The notes: generated by a model not told the origin, from the letters alone. Counted from the first letter of the stretch, positions 47,752 to 57,453 are shown. The stretch is 59,891 bases of DNA from Gammaproteobacteria bacterium (GCA_031404555.1 JANNHT010000181.1:1-59891); one strand, 5' to 3'. A program made the numbers and translations.

Positions 47752-48603
47752 TCATGCGGCGCGTCCCTGCAAGCTCGCGAGGAAGGCGCGGTGATCCGCG
47801 GTGCCGCGGACGTGCCGGTCGATCCAGGCGGTGAACCCCGCGCGATCGCGGGCGATCGCGTCCCAGCGCAGATAAAAATCGTTGTCGCGCGCATAGCGGC
47901 CGTGCGCATAGGAGGGCCAGGCGCCGCCCGGGCAGTGCGACACCGCGGTCACGGTGAAATGCGGCAGCACGATGCCGTTCATCGCGGGCGGGAGTTCCTC
48001 GACGATCTCCTCGACTGTGACGAGGAGCTTCGCGGCCGCGAGCCCCGCCTCGCGCGCGGCGCCGATGATGCCCTCGATCGCAACGTTGCCGCGCCGGTCC
48101 GCGCGCTGCGCGTGCAGGATCGTCACGTCCGGATTGATCGCGGGGACGGTCGCGATGTCTTCGCCGGTGTAGGGGCAGCGCACGCTTCGAATCCGGGCGT
48201 TGTGCTTCGGCAGGTCCGTGCCGATATAGCCGCGCAGCATCCCGAACGGCAGGCGCGCCGCGCCTGCGCGGTAGGCCGCCGCCATGCCGGCATGCGTCTG
48301 TTCGTCGAGTTCGAGCGGTCGCGGCCACTCGTTCTCGACGGCATCGCGCAGGCGGTGCAGCGAGCCGACGCCGGGATTGCCGCCCCAGGAGAAGGTGAGC
48401 TTGCGCGCCGCGCCGGCGCCGATCAGCTGGTCGTAGATGAGATCGGGCGTCATGCGCACGAGATGCAGGTCGCGCCGGCCCTGGCGGATCAGCTCATGGC
48501 CCGCGGCGAACGGGATCAGGTGCGTGAAGCCCTCGAGCGCGACGCAGGCACCGTCTGCGACGTGCGTCCGGATCGAATCCGCAAGTGACAGAATCGCCGC
48601 CAT
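47752..48603 (-). CDS. CoA-transferase subunit A (glutaconate/3-oxoacid family)
   Basis: 283 aa with DGACVALEGFTHLIPFAAGHELIR and LHAQRADRRGNV. Its start abuts the ALDH stop (TGAATG). Confidence 0.85.
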   Translation of the reverse strand: MAAILSLADSIRTHVADGACVALEGFTHLIPFAAGHELIRQGRRDLHLVRMTPDLIYDQLIGAGAARKLTFSWGGNPGVGSLHRLRDAVENEWPRPLELDEQTHAGMAAAYRAGAARLPFGMLRGYIGTDLPKHNARIRSVRCPYTGEDIATVPAINPDVTILHAQRADRRGNVAIEGIIGAAREAGLAAAKLLVTVEEIVEELPPAMNGIVLPHFTVTAVSHCPGGAWPSYAHGRYARDNDFYLRWDAIARDRAGFTAWIDRHVRGTADHRAFLASLQGRAA

Positions 48604-50172
48604 TCAGTCGACCACGGTGCGCGACTGCTCGCGCAGATAGAGCGGCAGGTAATAGGCCGAGGCGATCGCCTTGCCGGATGAGCCGGAGCCTTTCCATCCG
48701 CCGAAGGGCTGGTAACCCGGCCAGGCGCCGGTCGTCGCGCCCGCGCCGCGGTTGGCGTAGGTGACGCCCGCTTCAATGCTGTCCTGAAACCATTTCACTT
48801 CATCGGGCGCGCCGTAGAAGCCGGCGGTGAGGCCCATGTCCGTATCGTTCGCGAGGCGCATCGCCTCCTCGCGGTCGCGGTAACGCTGCACCATCAGGAT
48901 GGGCAGGAACATCTCGTGCTTCCAGAGCGGATGCGACGGTGGCGCCTCCGCGAGTACGGGTTCCACGAAGAACCCGCGCGCGAGCGCGCCTTCCGAAGGC
49001 CGCTTGCCGCCTCGGCGCAGTGTCGCGCCGGCCGACTTGAGGTCGTCGACGTAGCGCGCGTAACTATCGTGCGCGCGCTGGTTGACGACCGGTCCGAGGC
49101 CGGTCGCGCGCTCGGTCGGGTCGCCGATCCGGATCCTGTCGATTTCTTTCTCGATCTTCGCGAGCAACGCGTCCGCCACCGTCTCGTGGACATAGAGGCG
49201 CGAGAGCGCCGAGCACTTCTGCCCGCCCATGCCGTAGGCGGAGCGCGCGATGCCCGCAGCCGCGCGGTCAAGGTCGGCGTGCTCGGTCACGATCGCGGGA
49301 TTCTTGCCGCCCATCTCGGCAATGTACGGCCGCGAGTAACGGCCGGATGCCATCTCCGCCATGATCGTGCGGCCCACGGCGACGGATCCCGTGAAAGTCG
49401 CGCCGGCCGTGCGCGGATCCCGCACCAGCTGCTCGCCGACCGCGGCGCCCGCGCCATTCAAGTAGTTAAATACGCCGGCCGGCAGGCCCCCGTCCCGGAT
49501 GCAGTCCGCGAGCAGGCGCCCCGCCCAGGGCGTGTCGGAGGCGCACTTCAGCACGACGGTGTTGCCGGTCACGAGCGCGGCGGCCGTGGGACCGGCCGCG
49601 AGCGCGATCGGGAAATTGAAGGGCGCGATGACGGCCCAGACGCCATAGGGGCGCATCACGCTGCGGTTCCGCGACGTGAACGCGGTCGAGGGGTCGTTCG
49701 GCAGCTCGAACTCGTAGCCGCGGTGCGATTCAAAGTCGTCCGCGTACACATTGAAAAAGTCCACGCACTCCTGCGCCTCACCGAGCGCCTCGAGCCGGTT
49801 CTTGCCGACCTCGAGCGTGAGTGCGGCCGCGATCTCGTAGACGCGCGCCTCGATGATCCCGGCAACTTTCCGCATCAACCGCACTCGTTCGGCGGCCCCG
49901 GCATCGCGCCAGGCGGGATAAGCCCGATGCGCTGCGGCGAGCGCCGAATCGACCTCTTTCGCGTTCGCGAGCGGAAAGCGGCCGATCTTGAGCTGGCTGT
50001 CGATCGGGCTCGCGCGCTCCCCGGTCTCGGCGGCGGGAACGTCCTTGCCGTCGATAAACATCGCGTGCGTCGCGCCGAGTCGGCCGCGCACGGCCACGAG
50101 CGCCCGCTCGAAGCGTTCGTGCAGCTCCTCCGGCGGGTTGAACATGGTCGCGTAGGTCAGGCGGAAACTCAT
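48604..50172 (-). CDS. NAD(P)-dependent aldehyde dehydrogenase (P5C/semialdehyde dehydrogenase-like)
   Basis: 522 aa with FNFPIAL, catalytic AEMGGKN and GQKCSALSR motifs. Its size and N-terminus resemble RocA-type semialdehyde dehydrogenases. Confidence 0.9.
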   Translation of the reverse strand: MSFRLTYATMFNPPEELHERFERALVAVRGRLGATHAMFIDGKDVPAAETGERASPIDSQLKIGRFPLANAKEVDSALAAAHRAYPAWRDAGAAERVRLMRKVAGIIEARVYEIAAALTLEVGKNRLEALGEAQECVDFFNVYADDFESHRGYEFELPNDPSTAFTSRNRSVMRPYGVWAVIAPFNFPIALAAGPTAAALVTGNTVVLKCASDTPWAGRLLADCIRDGGLPAGVFNYLNGAGAAVGEQLVRDPRTAGATFTGSVAVGRTIMAEMASGRYSRPYIAEMGGKNPAIVTEHADLDRAAAGIARSAYGMGGQKCSALSRLYVHETVADALLAKIEKEIDRIRIGDPTERATGLGPVVNQRAHDSYARYVDDLKSAGATLRRGGKRPSEGALARGFFVEPVLAEAPPSHPLWKHEMFLPILMVQRYRDREEAMRLANDTDMGLTAGFYGAPDEVKWFQDSIEAGVTYANRGAGATTGAWPGYQPFGGWKGSGSSGKAIASAYYLPLYLREQSRTVVD

Positions 50173-51500
50173 GACGGGCGCTCCGGAGCGTTCGGGAAGA
50201 ACCGGCCGAGCAGGCGGTCGAGGAGTGCGAGCGCTGTGGCGAGTTCAGCCTCCTCGATCACGAGCGGTGGCGCGAGGATCAGCAGGTTGCCGCGCGAGCC
50301 GAAGGACACGCCCTCATCGCGGGCGGCGGCAAAGAACGCGCGCATCGCATCCGTCTGCGCGGGCCAGGGCGCGAGCGGCGACCGGGTCTTGCGGTCGGAG
50401 ACGAGCTCGACGACCGCGAACAGCCCGCGGCCGCCGCGGACATCGCCGATCACGTCGTGGCGCGTGGCGATCCGTCGCAGCTCCTCGAACATCCCCGCGC
50501 CGAGCGCGCGCGAGCGTCCGATCAGCTTCTCATCATGATAGGCCTCGATCGCCGCGACGCCCGCCGCGCAGGAGAGCGGGTGGCCGCAGTAGGTGAGGCC
50601 GGAGTAAAACATCTCGTTCTCGATGCGCCGCGCGACGCTAGCGCTCATCACGACGGCGCCGAGCGGGATCGCGGCGCCGGTCAGGCCTTTCGCGAGCGTC
50701 ATCAGATCGGGGCGGCCCGCCTCGCCGTGGCGCTGCCAGGCGAACCACTCGCCGCAGCGACCGAAGCCGCTCATGACCTCGTCGGCGATCAGCAGCACGT
50801 CCTGCTTCTGCGTCGCGGTCCTGAGCAGCGGCCAGAAATTGTCCGGCGGCACGATGCCGTTGCTGCCGGCATCGGTTTCCATCAGCACGGCCGCGACGCG
50901 CGAGGCGCCCTCGCGCTCGATGCAGTTCGAGACCGCATCGACCGCGCGCCGCCCGCAGTCCGCCTCGTCAGTGCTGCCGAACGGGCAGCGGTAGCTGTAC
51001 GGAGGCGGCACGTGTTGCACGCCCCAGGCTTCGGCGTCCACCTGGTGCGCGGTGCGGCTGTCGCCCGAGAGCGCCATGTCCATGTAGCTCGCGCCGTGGT
51101 ACGAGCGATCGCGCGTGACGACGAGCCCGCGCGGCTTGCCGGAGGCCTGGCGCGCGATGCGCACCGCGTTCTCGTTCGCGTCGGCGCCGCCCAGCGTGAA
51201 GAACACGCGGCCGCCCTCGAATCCGGAGAGCTCGAGCAGGCGCTCGGCGAGCGCGCGCCGCGGCGCCGAGCCCCAGGCGCTGGTGACGAAACAGAGCTGC
51301 TCGGCCTGCGCCTTGATGGCGGCGACGAGCTTTGGGTGCTGGTGGCCGAGATTGCTGCACTCCACCAGGCTCGACATGTCGAGCAGCTCGCGCCCGTCCT
51401 CGAGGATCAGCTTCGCGCCGCGCCCGCCGACCACGGTCGGGGCGTTCCAGTCCCCCGGCACGCACCAGCTGTGCAGCACGAATTGGCTTTCGGAGGGCAT
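50169..51500 (-). CDS. class-III (omega) aminotransferase, amine:pyruvate type
   Basis: 443 aa with GGADANENAVRIAR, DEVMSGFGRCGEWFA and TLAKGLTGA. It is the first gene of the six-gene minus-strand operon. Confidence 0.9.
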   Translation of the reverse strand: MPSESQFVLHSWCVPGDWNAPTVVGGRGAKLILEDGRELLDMSSLVECSNLGHQHPKLVAAIKAQAEQLCFVTSAWGSAPRRALAERLLELSGFEGGRVFFTLGGADANENAVRIARQASGKPRGLVVTRDRSYHGASYMDMALSGDSRTAHQVDAEAWGVQHVPPPYSYRCPFGSTDEADCGRRAVDAVSNCIEREGASRVAAVLMETDAGSNGIVPPDNFWPLLRTATQKQDVLLIADEVMSGFGRCGEWFAWQRHGEAGRPDLMTLAKGLTGAAIPLGAVVMSASVARRIENEMFYSGLTYCGHPLSCAAGVAAIEAYHDEKLIGRSRALGAGMFEELRRIATRHDVIGDVRGGRGLFAVVELVSDRKTRSPLAPWPAQTDAMRAFFAAARDEGVSFGSRGNLLILAPPLVIEEAELATALALLDRLLGRFFPNAPERPS

Positions 51501-51626
51501 CCGGGGATTGTCTCAACCCGCCGTGCATCACGCCAGCGCGCGCGGGACAAAAGGGGTGTTCACGCGGCCGAATGTCCGCGATGATCGGTCACCGGCCGCC
51601 ATTCCCGGCCGGTCTGGGAGCCGTCG

Positions 51627-52931
51627 ATGCGAAACCGCGTTTCTTTCACATGTGCTTGGGTCAAGGCGGCCGCGGCTGGCCCGCTGATCGCTGCCTTCAC
51701 CCTGTTGCAGGCCTGTGGCGAACGCGCGCCCGAGGGCGCCACGCTGCTCCTGGCGAAGCGGATCTACACCGCGCCGGACGCGGCGCCGATCGACGACGGC
51801 GCGATCCTCGTGAAGGACGGGCGCATCCTCGCCGTCGGTCCCGCGGATTCGATCGTGACGCGCGGGGCGGACGAGTTTGCAGCCTGCGGTGGCGGCACCG
51901 TGACGGCCGGCTTCCAGAACAGTCACGTGCATTTCACGGAGCCGAAGTTCGCGGATGCGACTGCCAGGCCTGCCGCGGAACTCGCATCCGCGCTCGAGGG
52001 CATGCTCACGCGCTTCGGGTTCACCACCGTGCTCGACACGGCCTCGAACGTGGACAACACCGTGGCGCTCCGCGCGCGCATCGACAGCGGCGAGATCGCG
52101 GGACCGCGCATCCTGACGGCGGGCGGCGGACTCTACCCGCACGACGGCATCCCGTTCTACCTGAAGGATGCGCTGCCGCCGGAAGTGCTCGCGCGCCTCG
52201 CACAGCCGGCCACGGTCGAGGAAGCGCTGGAGATCGTGCAGTCGAACCTGGACCGCGGTGCCGACGCGACAAAGCTCTTCGTCATGACCCCGGTCGGTGG
52301 CGGCCGCGTCGCATTCATGTCACCGGAGATCGCGCTCGCGGCGGCGGACGAAACCCACCGGCGCGGGCTGCTGGTCGTCGCGCACCCGACCGACGTCGAG
52401 GGCATCAATCTAGCGATCGAGTCGGGCGTCGACGTGCTGGTGCACACGACGATGGGCCGCGGCAAGTCGGTCTGGGATGCGCCATTGATCGCGCAGCTCA
52501 TCGAGCAGGACATGGCGGTGGTGCCGACGCTGATGCTCTGGCCCCATGAACTCAACCGCGCCAAAGTGCCGCCGGACATCGTCGAGCTCGCGACCGGCGA
52601 CGCGGTCGAGCAGGTCAGGGCCTTCGCCGCCGCGGGCGGACAGGTGCTGTTCGGCACTGACGTCGGCTACATGAGCGACTACGATCCCGCCGAGGAATAC
52701 CGGTTGATGGCCCGCGCGCTGACGCCGATGCAGATCCTGGCGTCGCTTACGACGGCGCCGGCAGCGCGCTGGAAGGAATCGGAGAAGCGCGGGCGCGTCG
52801 AAGCCGGCATGACGGCCGACCTCGTCGTGCTCGAGGGCGACCCGGCGACAGAGGTCGCGAACTTCGCGAAAGTGCGCTGCACGATCCGCGGGGGGCGGAT
52901 CATCTATCCGGTTGCCCCGGCCGGGACCTGA
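51627..52931 (+). CDS. amidohydrolase-superfamily lipoprotein (COG1228-like)
   Basis: 434 aa with a lipobox (LLQAC), metal motif NSHVHF, and C-terminal VEAGMTADLVVLEGDP. Divergent from the aminotransferase operon. Confidence 0.85.
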   Translation: MRNRVSFTCAWVKAAAAGPLIAAFTLLQACGERAPEGATLLLAKRIYTAPDAAPIDDGAILVKDGRILAVGPADSIVTRGADEFAACGGGTVTAGFQNSHVHFTEPKFADATARPAAELASALEGMLTRFGFTTVLDTASNVDNTVALRARIDSGEIAGPRILTAGGGLYPHDGIPFYLKDALPPEVLARLAQPATVEEALEIVQSNLDRGADATKLFVMTPVGGGRVAFMSPEIALAAADETHRRGLLVVAHPTDVEGINLAIESGVDVLVHTTMGRGKSVWDAPLIAQLIEQDMAVVPTLMLWPHELNRAKVPPDIVELATGDAVEQVRAFAAAGGQVLFGTDVGYMSDYDPAEEYRLMARALTPMQILASLTTAPAARWKESEKRGRVEAGMTADLVVLEGDPATEVANFAKVRCTIRGGRIIYPVAPAGT

Positions 52932-52963
52932 AACTTGCAGCTCGAAGCCCGGGGGCGCACTCT

Positions 52964-53350
52964 ATGGGCGTGCACCGCCATAACCAGCCAAAGCTCGGGC
53001 GCATGATTCGCACGCTCTTTGCGGCGGTCGTCCTGTTGCATGCAGTGGTGCCGACGATGTCGCCTGCGGAAGCAGCCACGGCCGATGCTGACCAGTCCCA
53101 GCATGCGGGCCACGACATGTCGGGCATGTCGGGCATGTCGGACATGTCGGACATGCCGGAGCATCCTGCGACCGATTGCTGTGACAGCGGACCGATGGAC
53201 TGCCCCTGCGGATGCGTCGTTTCCCAGCCGGGCGCGGCGCACTTCGTCGCGACGATCCGGGCCCACGCAGGCGCGCCGGAAGTGGCCGTCATCTCAATCT
53301 CGCGCCATCCATTCAATCCGGTTACGTCTCCCTTCCGACCTCCGGCCTGA
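52964..53350 (+). CDS. CopL-like Met/His/Cys-rich metal-binding protein
   Basis: 128 aa (or 115 aa from ATG 53003) with a hydrophobic N-terminus, HAGHDMSGMSGMSDMSDMPEH, then DCCDSGPMDCPCGC. It sits immediately upstream of copper-type genes. Family assignment is from memory of CopL features. Confidence 0.55.
   Translation: MGVHRHNQPKLGRMIRTLFAAVVLLHAVVPTMSPAEAATADADQSQHAGHDMSGMSGMSDMSDMPEHPATDCCDSGPMDCPCGCVVSQPGAAHFVATIRAHAGAPEVAVISISRHPFNPVTSPFRPPA
53117..53161 (+). repeat. 5 x 9-bp in-frame tandem repeat (atgtcgggc/atgtcggac/atgccggag)
   Basis: Read directly. It encodes MSG-MSG-MSD-MSD-MPE inside the CopL-like ORF. Confidence 0.9.
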
Positions 53351-53448
53351 CGGCCGCCCACGTAGCGTCTGATCTCCGGCGCGGGTGATGCCTGCGCCGT
53401 GATCGCGGGCTTCGGGCTCAACATGAGCCCGTCATCGAGGGACGGAAT

Positions 53449-54897
53449 ATGGGTTCTGCGATTCGGATAGCTGCTTTGGCGGCTGTGCTCGGCACCGCCG
53501 CCGGCTGCGCCGTCGTGCCGCTCGACGACTCGGCGCAGGCTGCAGCCGACCGGGTTGGCGAGCGGGTATCCGTCAAACCCGAATGGCCACCGGCCACAGG
53601 CGATCGGGAAGCCGCCCCTGAATTGCGGGAGCCGCTGACGCTGCCCGCCGCATTGGCCATCGCCTTCGCGCGCAATCCGGCGATCCGCCGGCAGTACGCG
53701 AGCCTCGGCATCGCTCATGCGGATCTCATCGACGCCGCGCGGATTTCGAACCCGACGCTGTCCTTCGCCTGGTTGAGCCCGAGTGACAGCGGCCGCGACC
53801 AGACGACACAGGGAATCTCGACGAGCTTTACCGATCTCCTGCTGCTGCCGGCACGCAGGCGGTTGTCGGCGGCGGAATTCCGGCGAGTGGAGCTCGCCGT
53901 CGGGTCGGAACTGGTCGCACTGGCGCATGAGGTCGAGATGGCCTGGTATGCGCATGTCGGCGCAATTCAGGTTGCGGCGATGCGGGATGTGGTCGCAGTC
54001 GCGGCTCAGAGCGAAGCGGCGCTGGCGCAACGCTTTCACGAAGCCGGCAACATCAGCCGACTGCAACTCGATCTGCAACAGGCGGCGGCGGCGCGGGCGG
54101 GCATCGATGCGCTCCGCGAGCGGTCGGGGGTGGCAGCGAGCCGGGCACGTCTCGCGAATCTTCTGGGCCTGTCGGCGAAGGAAGACTGGCGCACGGTCGA
54201 TCGACTGTCGGCCCCACCCGACACGACTTTTTCTCGCGACGAACTTACGAAGCAAGCGCTGTTGCGGCGCCTCGACCTTGCGGCGCTCCGCGAACAGGTT
54301 TCAGTGCTCGAAGACGCGCTCGGCGTCACCGAGCGATGGCGCCTGCTCGGTAGCGTGGAAGCGGGATACGAGCGCAAACGCGAAGCCGATGGCGCAAAGC
54401 TTCGAGGACCCACGCTGAATCTCGAGTTGCCGATATTCAATCAGGGCCAAGGCGCGGTACTGCGTGCCGAGGCGCAGTTGCTGGATGCCCGCGCTCGCGC
54501 GGAGTCACTCGCGCTTGTCGTGGAAAACGAAGTGACGACTGCCATCGAGCGGCTGTCCCTGGCTCATGACGTCAGCGGGCGCTTTCGCGATGAGCTGCTG
54601 CCGAGCACAGCATCGGCCGTGGCGCGACAGCAGGAGCGGGTCAATTTCATGCTGGTCGGCGTATTCGAGCTGCTCCGGACGAAGCGCGAGCAATACGACG
54701 CCTGGCAGGGTTACTTCGAATCGGTGCGCGACTACTGGATCGCGCGCACTGCGCTGCGCGCCGCGACCGGCGGTTTGCTGCCGGGTGACGAGGAAACGCC
54801 CGCGATGACTGTCGGCACGGACGAAATAGCAGCTCCAGACCGCAAAGCCCCGGACCAGCACGAGATGCCGCACGAGCACCCCGAGGAACAGCCATGA
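53449..54897 (+). CDS. TolC/CusC-family outer-membrane efflux lipoprotein
   Basis: 482 aa with a lipobox (LGTAAGC) and two tandem OEP-type coiled-coil repeats. Its stop overlaps the oxidase ATG (ATGA). Confidence 0.85.
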   Translation: MGSAIRIAALAAVLGTAAGCAVVPLDDSAQAAADRVGERVSVKPEWPPATGDREAAPELREPLTLPAALAIAFARNPAIRRQYASLGIAHADLIDAARISNPTLSFAWLSPSDSGRDQTTQGISTSFTDLLLLPARRRLSAAEFRRVELAVGSELVALAHEVEMAWYAHVGAIQVAAMRDVVAVAAQSEAALAQRFHEAGNISRLQLDLQQAAAARAGIDALRERSGVAASRARLANLLGLSAKEDWRTVDRLSAPPDTTFSRDELTKQALLRRLDLAALREQVSVLEDALGVTERWRLLGSVEAGYERKREADGAKLRGPTLNLELPIFNQGQGAVLRAEAQLLDARARAESLALVVENEVTTAIERLSLAHDVSGRFRDELLPSTASAVARQQERVNFMLVGVFELLRTKREQYDAWQGYFESVRDYWIARTALRAATGGLLPGDEETPAMTVGTDEIAAPDRKAPDQHEMPHEHPEEQP

Positions 54898-56301
54898 AGA
54901 TGACCCGACGTCACTGGTTTCGCTGGATGGGCGCGGGCAGCCTGCTGCCGCTCGCAATCGTGTCCGATCGCGCCGCGGCCCAGGGTCACGAGGGACACAC
55001 CATGCCGATGCCCGCGGAGCCGCCGCGTGGCCCGGCGCCGCTGGGGGCCGGAAGCGGCTACACGCCGGTCCGGACCTTGAACGGCTGGACGCTCCCTTAT
55101 CGTATGGTCGGCGGCGTCAAGGAGTTTCACCTGGTGGCCGAAGAGGTGGAGCACGAATTTGCGCCGGGCTCGCGAGCGAAATGCTGGGGTTACAACGGCA
55201 CCACGCCCGGCCCGACGATCGAAGCCGTTGAGGGCGATCGCGTCCGGATTCTGGTGACCAACCGGTTGCCGGAACACACGACCATCCACTGGCACGGAAT
55301 CCTGCTGCCTTCCGGCATGGACGGCGTCGGCGGACTCTCTCAACCCCACATCCAGCCTGGCGAAACCTACGTCTACGAATTCACGCTGCGCCAGCACGGC
55401 ACACACATGTATCACCCGCATGCCGACGAGATGGTGCAGCTCGCGGTCGGCATGATGGGAATGTTTATCATCCATCCGCGCGCGGGCGAGCAGGCCCGCA
55501 TCGACCGTGACTATTGCTTCCTGCTGCACAACTGGGCGCTGCACCCGGGCACCTACCGGCCGGATCCGGCGATCATGCAGGAATTCGACCTGTGGACCTT
55601 CAATAGCAAGGTTTTTCCTGCGATCGATCCGATGGTCGCCCGCAGCGGCGAGCGCGTGCGCATCCGGATCGGAAACCTCTCGATGTGGAACCACCCGATC
55701 CACCTGCACGGTGTGCAGTTTCACGTCACCGGCGGGGATGGCGGGCGTTGGCCGCGCGCACTGTGGCGGCCGGAGGTCACGGAGATCGTCGGTGTCGGCC
55801 AGACCCCGAGATCTCGAATTCGTCGCCGTGCCGGGCGATTGGGCGCTGCACTGCCACATGTCGCACCACACCATGAACGCGATGGGTCACAACTTGCCGA
55901 ATGCGCTCGGCGTAAAGCAGGGCGATCTCGAAGCAGCAGTCCAGAAGATGCTGCCGGGCTACATGGCGATGGGCGAGTCCGGCATGGCGGAGCACCAGGA
56001 TCACGTGGACATGGGGCACATGCAGGGCCCGGAAAACACCTTGCCGATGATGGTCGGCAAGGGCCCGTTCGGAAATCTGGAGATGGGCGGGATGTTCACG
56101 GTGGTGAAGGTCCGCGATCAGCTCCCGCGCGGCGACGATGGAGACCCGGGCTGGTACCCGAATCCACGTGGGACGCTTGCGCGGCGGGTCAGCGACGACG
56201 CGAACTTCGGTACGCCGGCACGGCGCGGAGCGCCAGTCGAATCCATCCCGCCCAAGGAACCGGCGCCAATCGATCATTCCAAGATGAACCACTCGACTTG
56301 A
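54894..56301 (+). pseudogene. Tat-exported multicopper oxidase, reading frame broken by a 1-nt indel
   Basis: ORF 54894-56315 carries a Tat signal (TRRHWFRWMG) and copper sites HWHG and HPH, then NHPIHLHG. After VGVGQT the conserved sequence RDLEFVAVPGDWALHCHMSHHTMNAM continues in ORF 55507-56301 (+1 frame). The switch is at C4, 55804-55807. Confidence 0.85.
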
Positions 56302-56311
56302 GGGATACGCA

Positions 56312-56932
56312 ATGAAACTTGTCATCTGGTTACTTGCGCTGCTGGTGGTGGCAATTGCCAGTGTGGCCGTTTTCATCTGGTCTGGCGCCTTCAACATCGC
56401 GGCGGACGAACCCCATTGGGCGCTGACCGAGCGACTCATGGATACGGCGCGCGACCGCTCGATCGCGGCGCGGGCTTCCGACGTCATCGTTCCTGCTCTC
56501 AAGGATGAGGCACAGATCCGCGCAGGCGCCGGAAATTACGACGCCATGTGCGCCGGCTGCCATCTGCAACCCGGCGTGGAGCGAACGGAGGTGAGCGCAG
56601 GACTCTATCCGGCGCCACCCGATCTGACGAAGCGCCGGATTGACGACGCCGCGCGCGCATTCTGGGTCATCAAGCATGGCGTCAAGATGAGCGGCATGCC
56701 GGCCTGGGGGCGCAGCATGGAGGACGAGCCCATCTGGGGCATGGTCGCGTTCCTGCGGCAACTGCCAGACATGTCGCCGGAACGTTATCGCGAGCTGGTC
56801 AACGCCAGCGGCGGCCATTCGCACGGTGGCAAAGGCGACCGCCCGCAGGACGATGGCGGGACGCCGCCGGCCGCACCCGCGGTAGAAGCGAAGCCCAAAT
56901 CGCACGCTGACGCCCCGCCACACGAACACTAG
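56312..56932 (+). CDS. membrane-anchored c-type cytochrome
   Basis: 206 aa with an N-terminal TM, haem motif CAGCH, distal SGMPAWG, and a C-terminal His-rich tail. Confidence 0.8.
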   Translation: MKLVIWLLALLVVAIASVAVFIWSGAFNIAADEPHWALTERLMDTARDRSIAARASDVIVPALKDEAQIRAGAGNYDAMCAGCHLQPGVERTEVSAGLYPAPPDLTKRRIDDAARAFWVIKHGVKMSGMPAWGRSMEDEPIWGMVAFLRQLPDMSPERYRELVNASGGHSHGGKGDRPQDDGGTPPAAPAVEAKPKSHADAPPHEH

Positions 56933-56953
56933 AACCGACACAAGGAGTCCGAC

Positions 56954-57427
56954 ATGAATCGCTTCATTTCATTGATACCGGTCGCGTTGCTATTGGCGGC
57001 GAATCCGGCGGCGGCCGCGGAGCCGCAGGTCGATGTACCGGGAGAGGCTCGCGCCGCCGTCGCGACCGTGGACCGCTTCTTTGCGGCGCTGTCGGCCGGC
57101 GATCTGACGGCTGCCAGTGCGGAACTGGATCCGCAGGTCATCGTCCTCGAAAGCGGCGGCGGGGAGTATTCGGCGGCCGAGTACATCGGCGGACATGCCA
57201 AGCACGATGCCGAGTTCCTGAAGGCCGCGCACCACAAGCCTGGGCGCCGCACCGCTCGGGTCAGCGGAGATCTGGCGTGGGTCGCAAGCGAGAGCGAGCT
57301 GCACACCCAGAAGGATGGCAAGCCCGCAGTTACTCTGAGCGCCGAGACGATGGTGCTCCGGTCGACTGCCACGGGCTGGAAGATCGTCCACGTCCATTGG
57401 TCGTCCAGGACGAAGAAGTCCGGCTAG
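56954..57427 (+). CDS. exported NTF2/SnoaL-like (DUF4440-type) protein
   Basis: 157 aa with a signal peptide and VDRFFAALSAGDL...WKIVHVHWS, typical of NTF2-like folds. Confidence 0.65.
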   Translation: MNRFISLIPVALLLAANPAAAAEPQVDVPGEARAAVATVDRFFAALSAGDLTAASAELDPQVIVLESGGGEYSAAEYIGGHAKHDAEFLKAAHHKPGRRTARVSGDLAWVASESELHTQKDGKPAVTLSAETMVLRSTATGWKIVHVHWSSRTKKSG

Positions 57428-57453
57428 ACAGACGCCAAACCACATTGGGGACA

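Noticed and set aside
53117-53161. Tandem 9-bp repeat considered as a CRISPR or non-coding minisatellite
   Set aside because: The units are contiguous without spacers, in frame, and encode a Met-rich metal-binding track. It is reported as a coding repeat instead.
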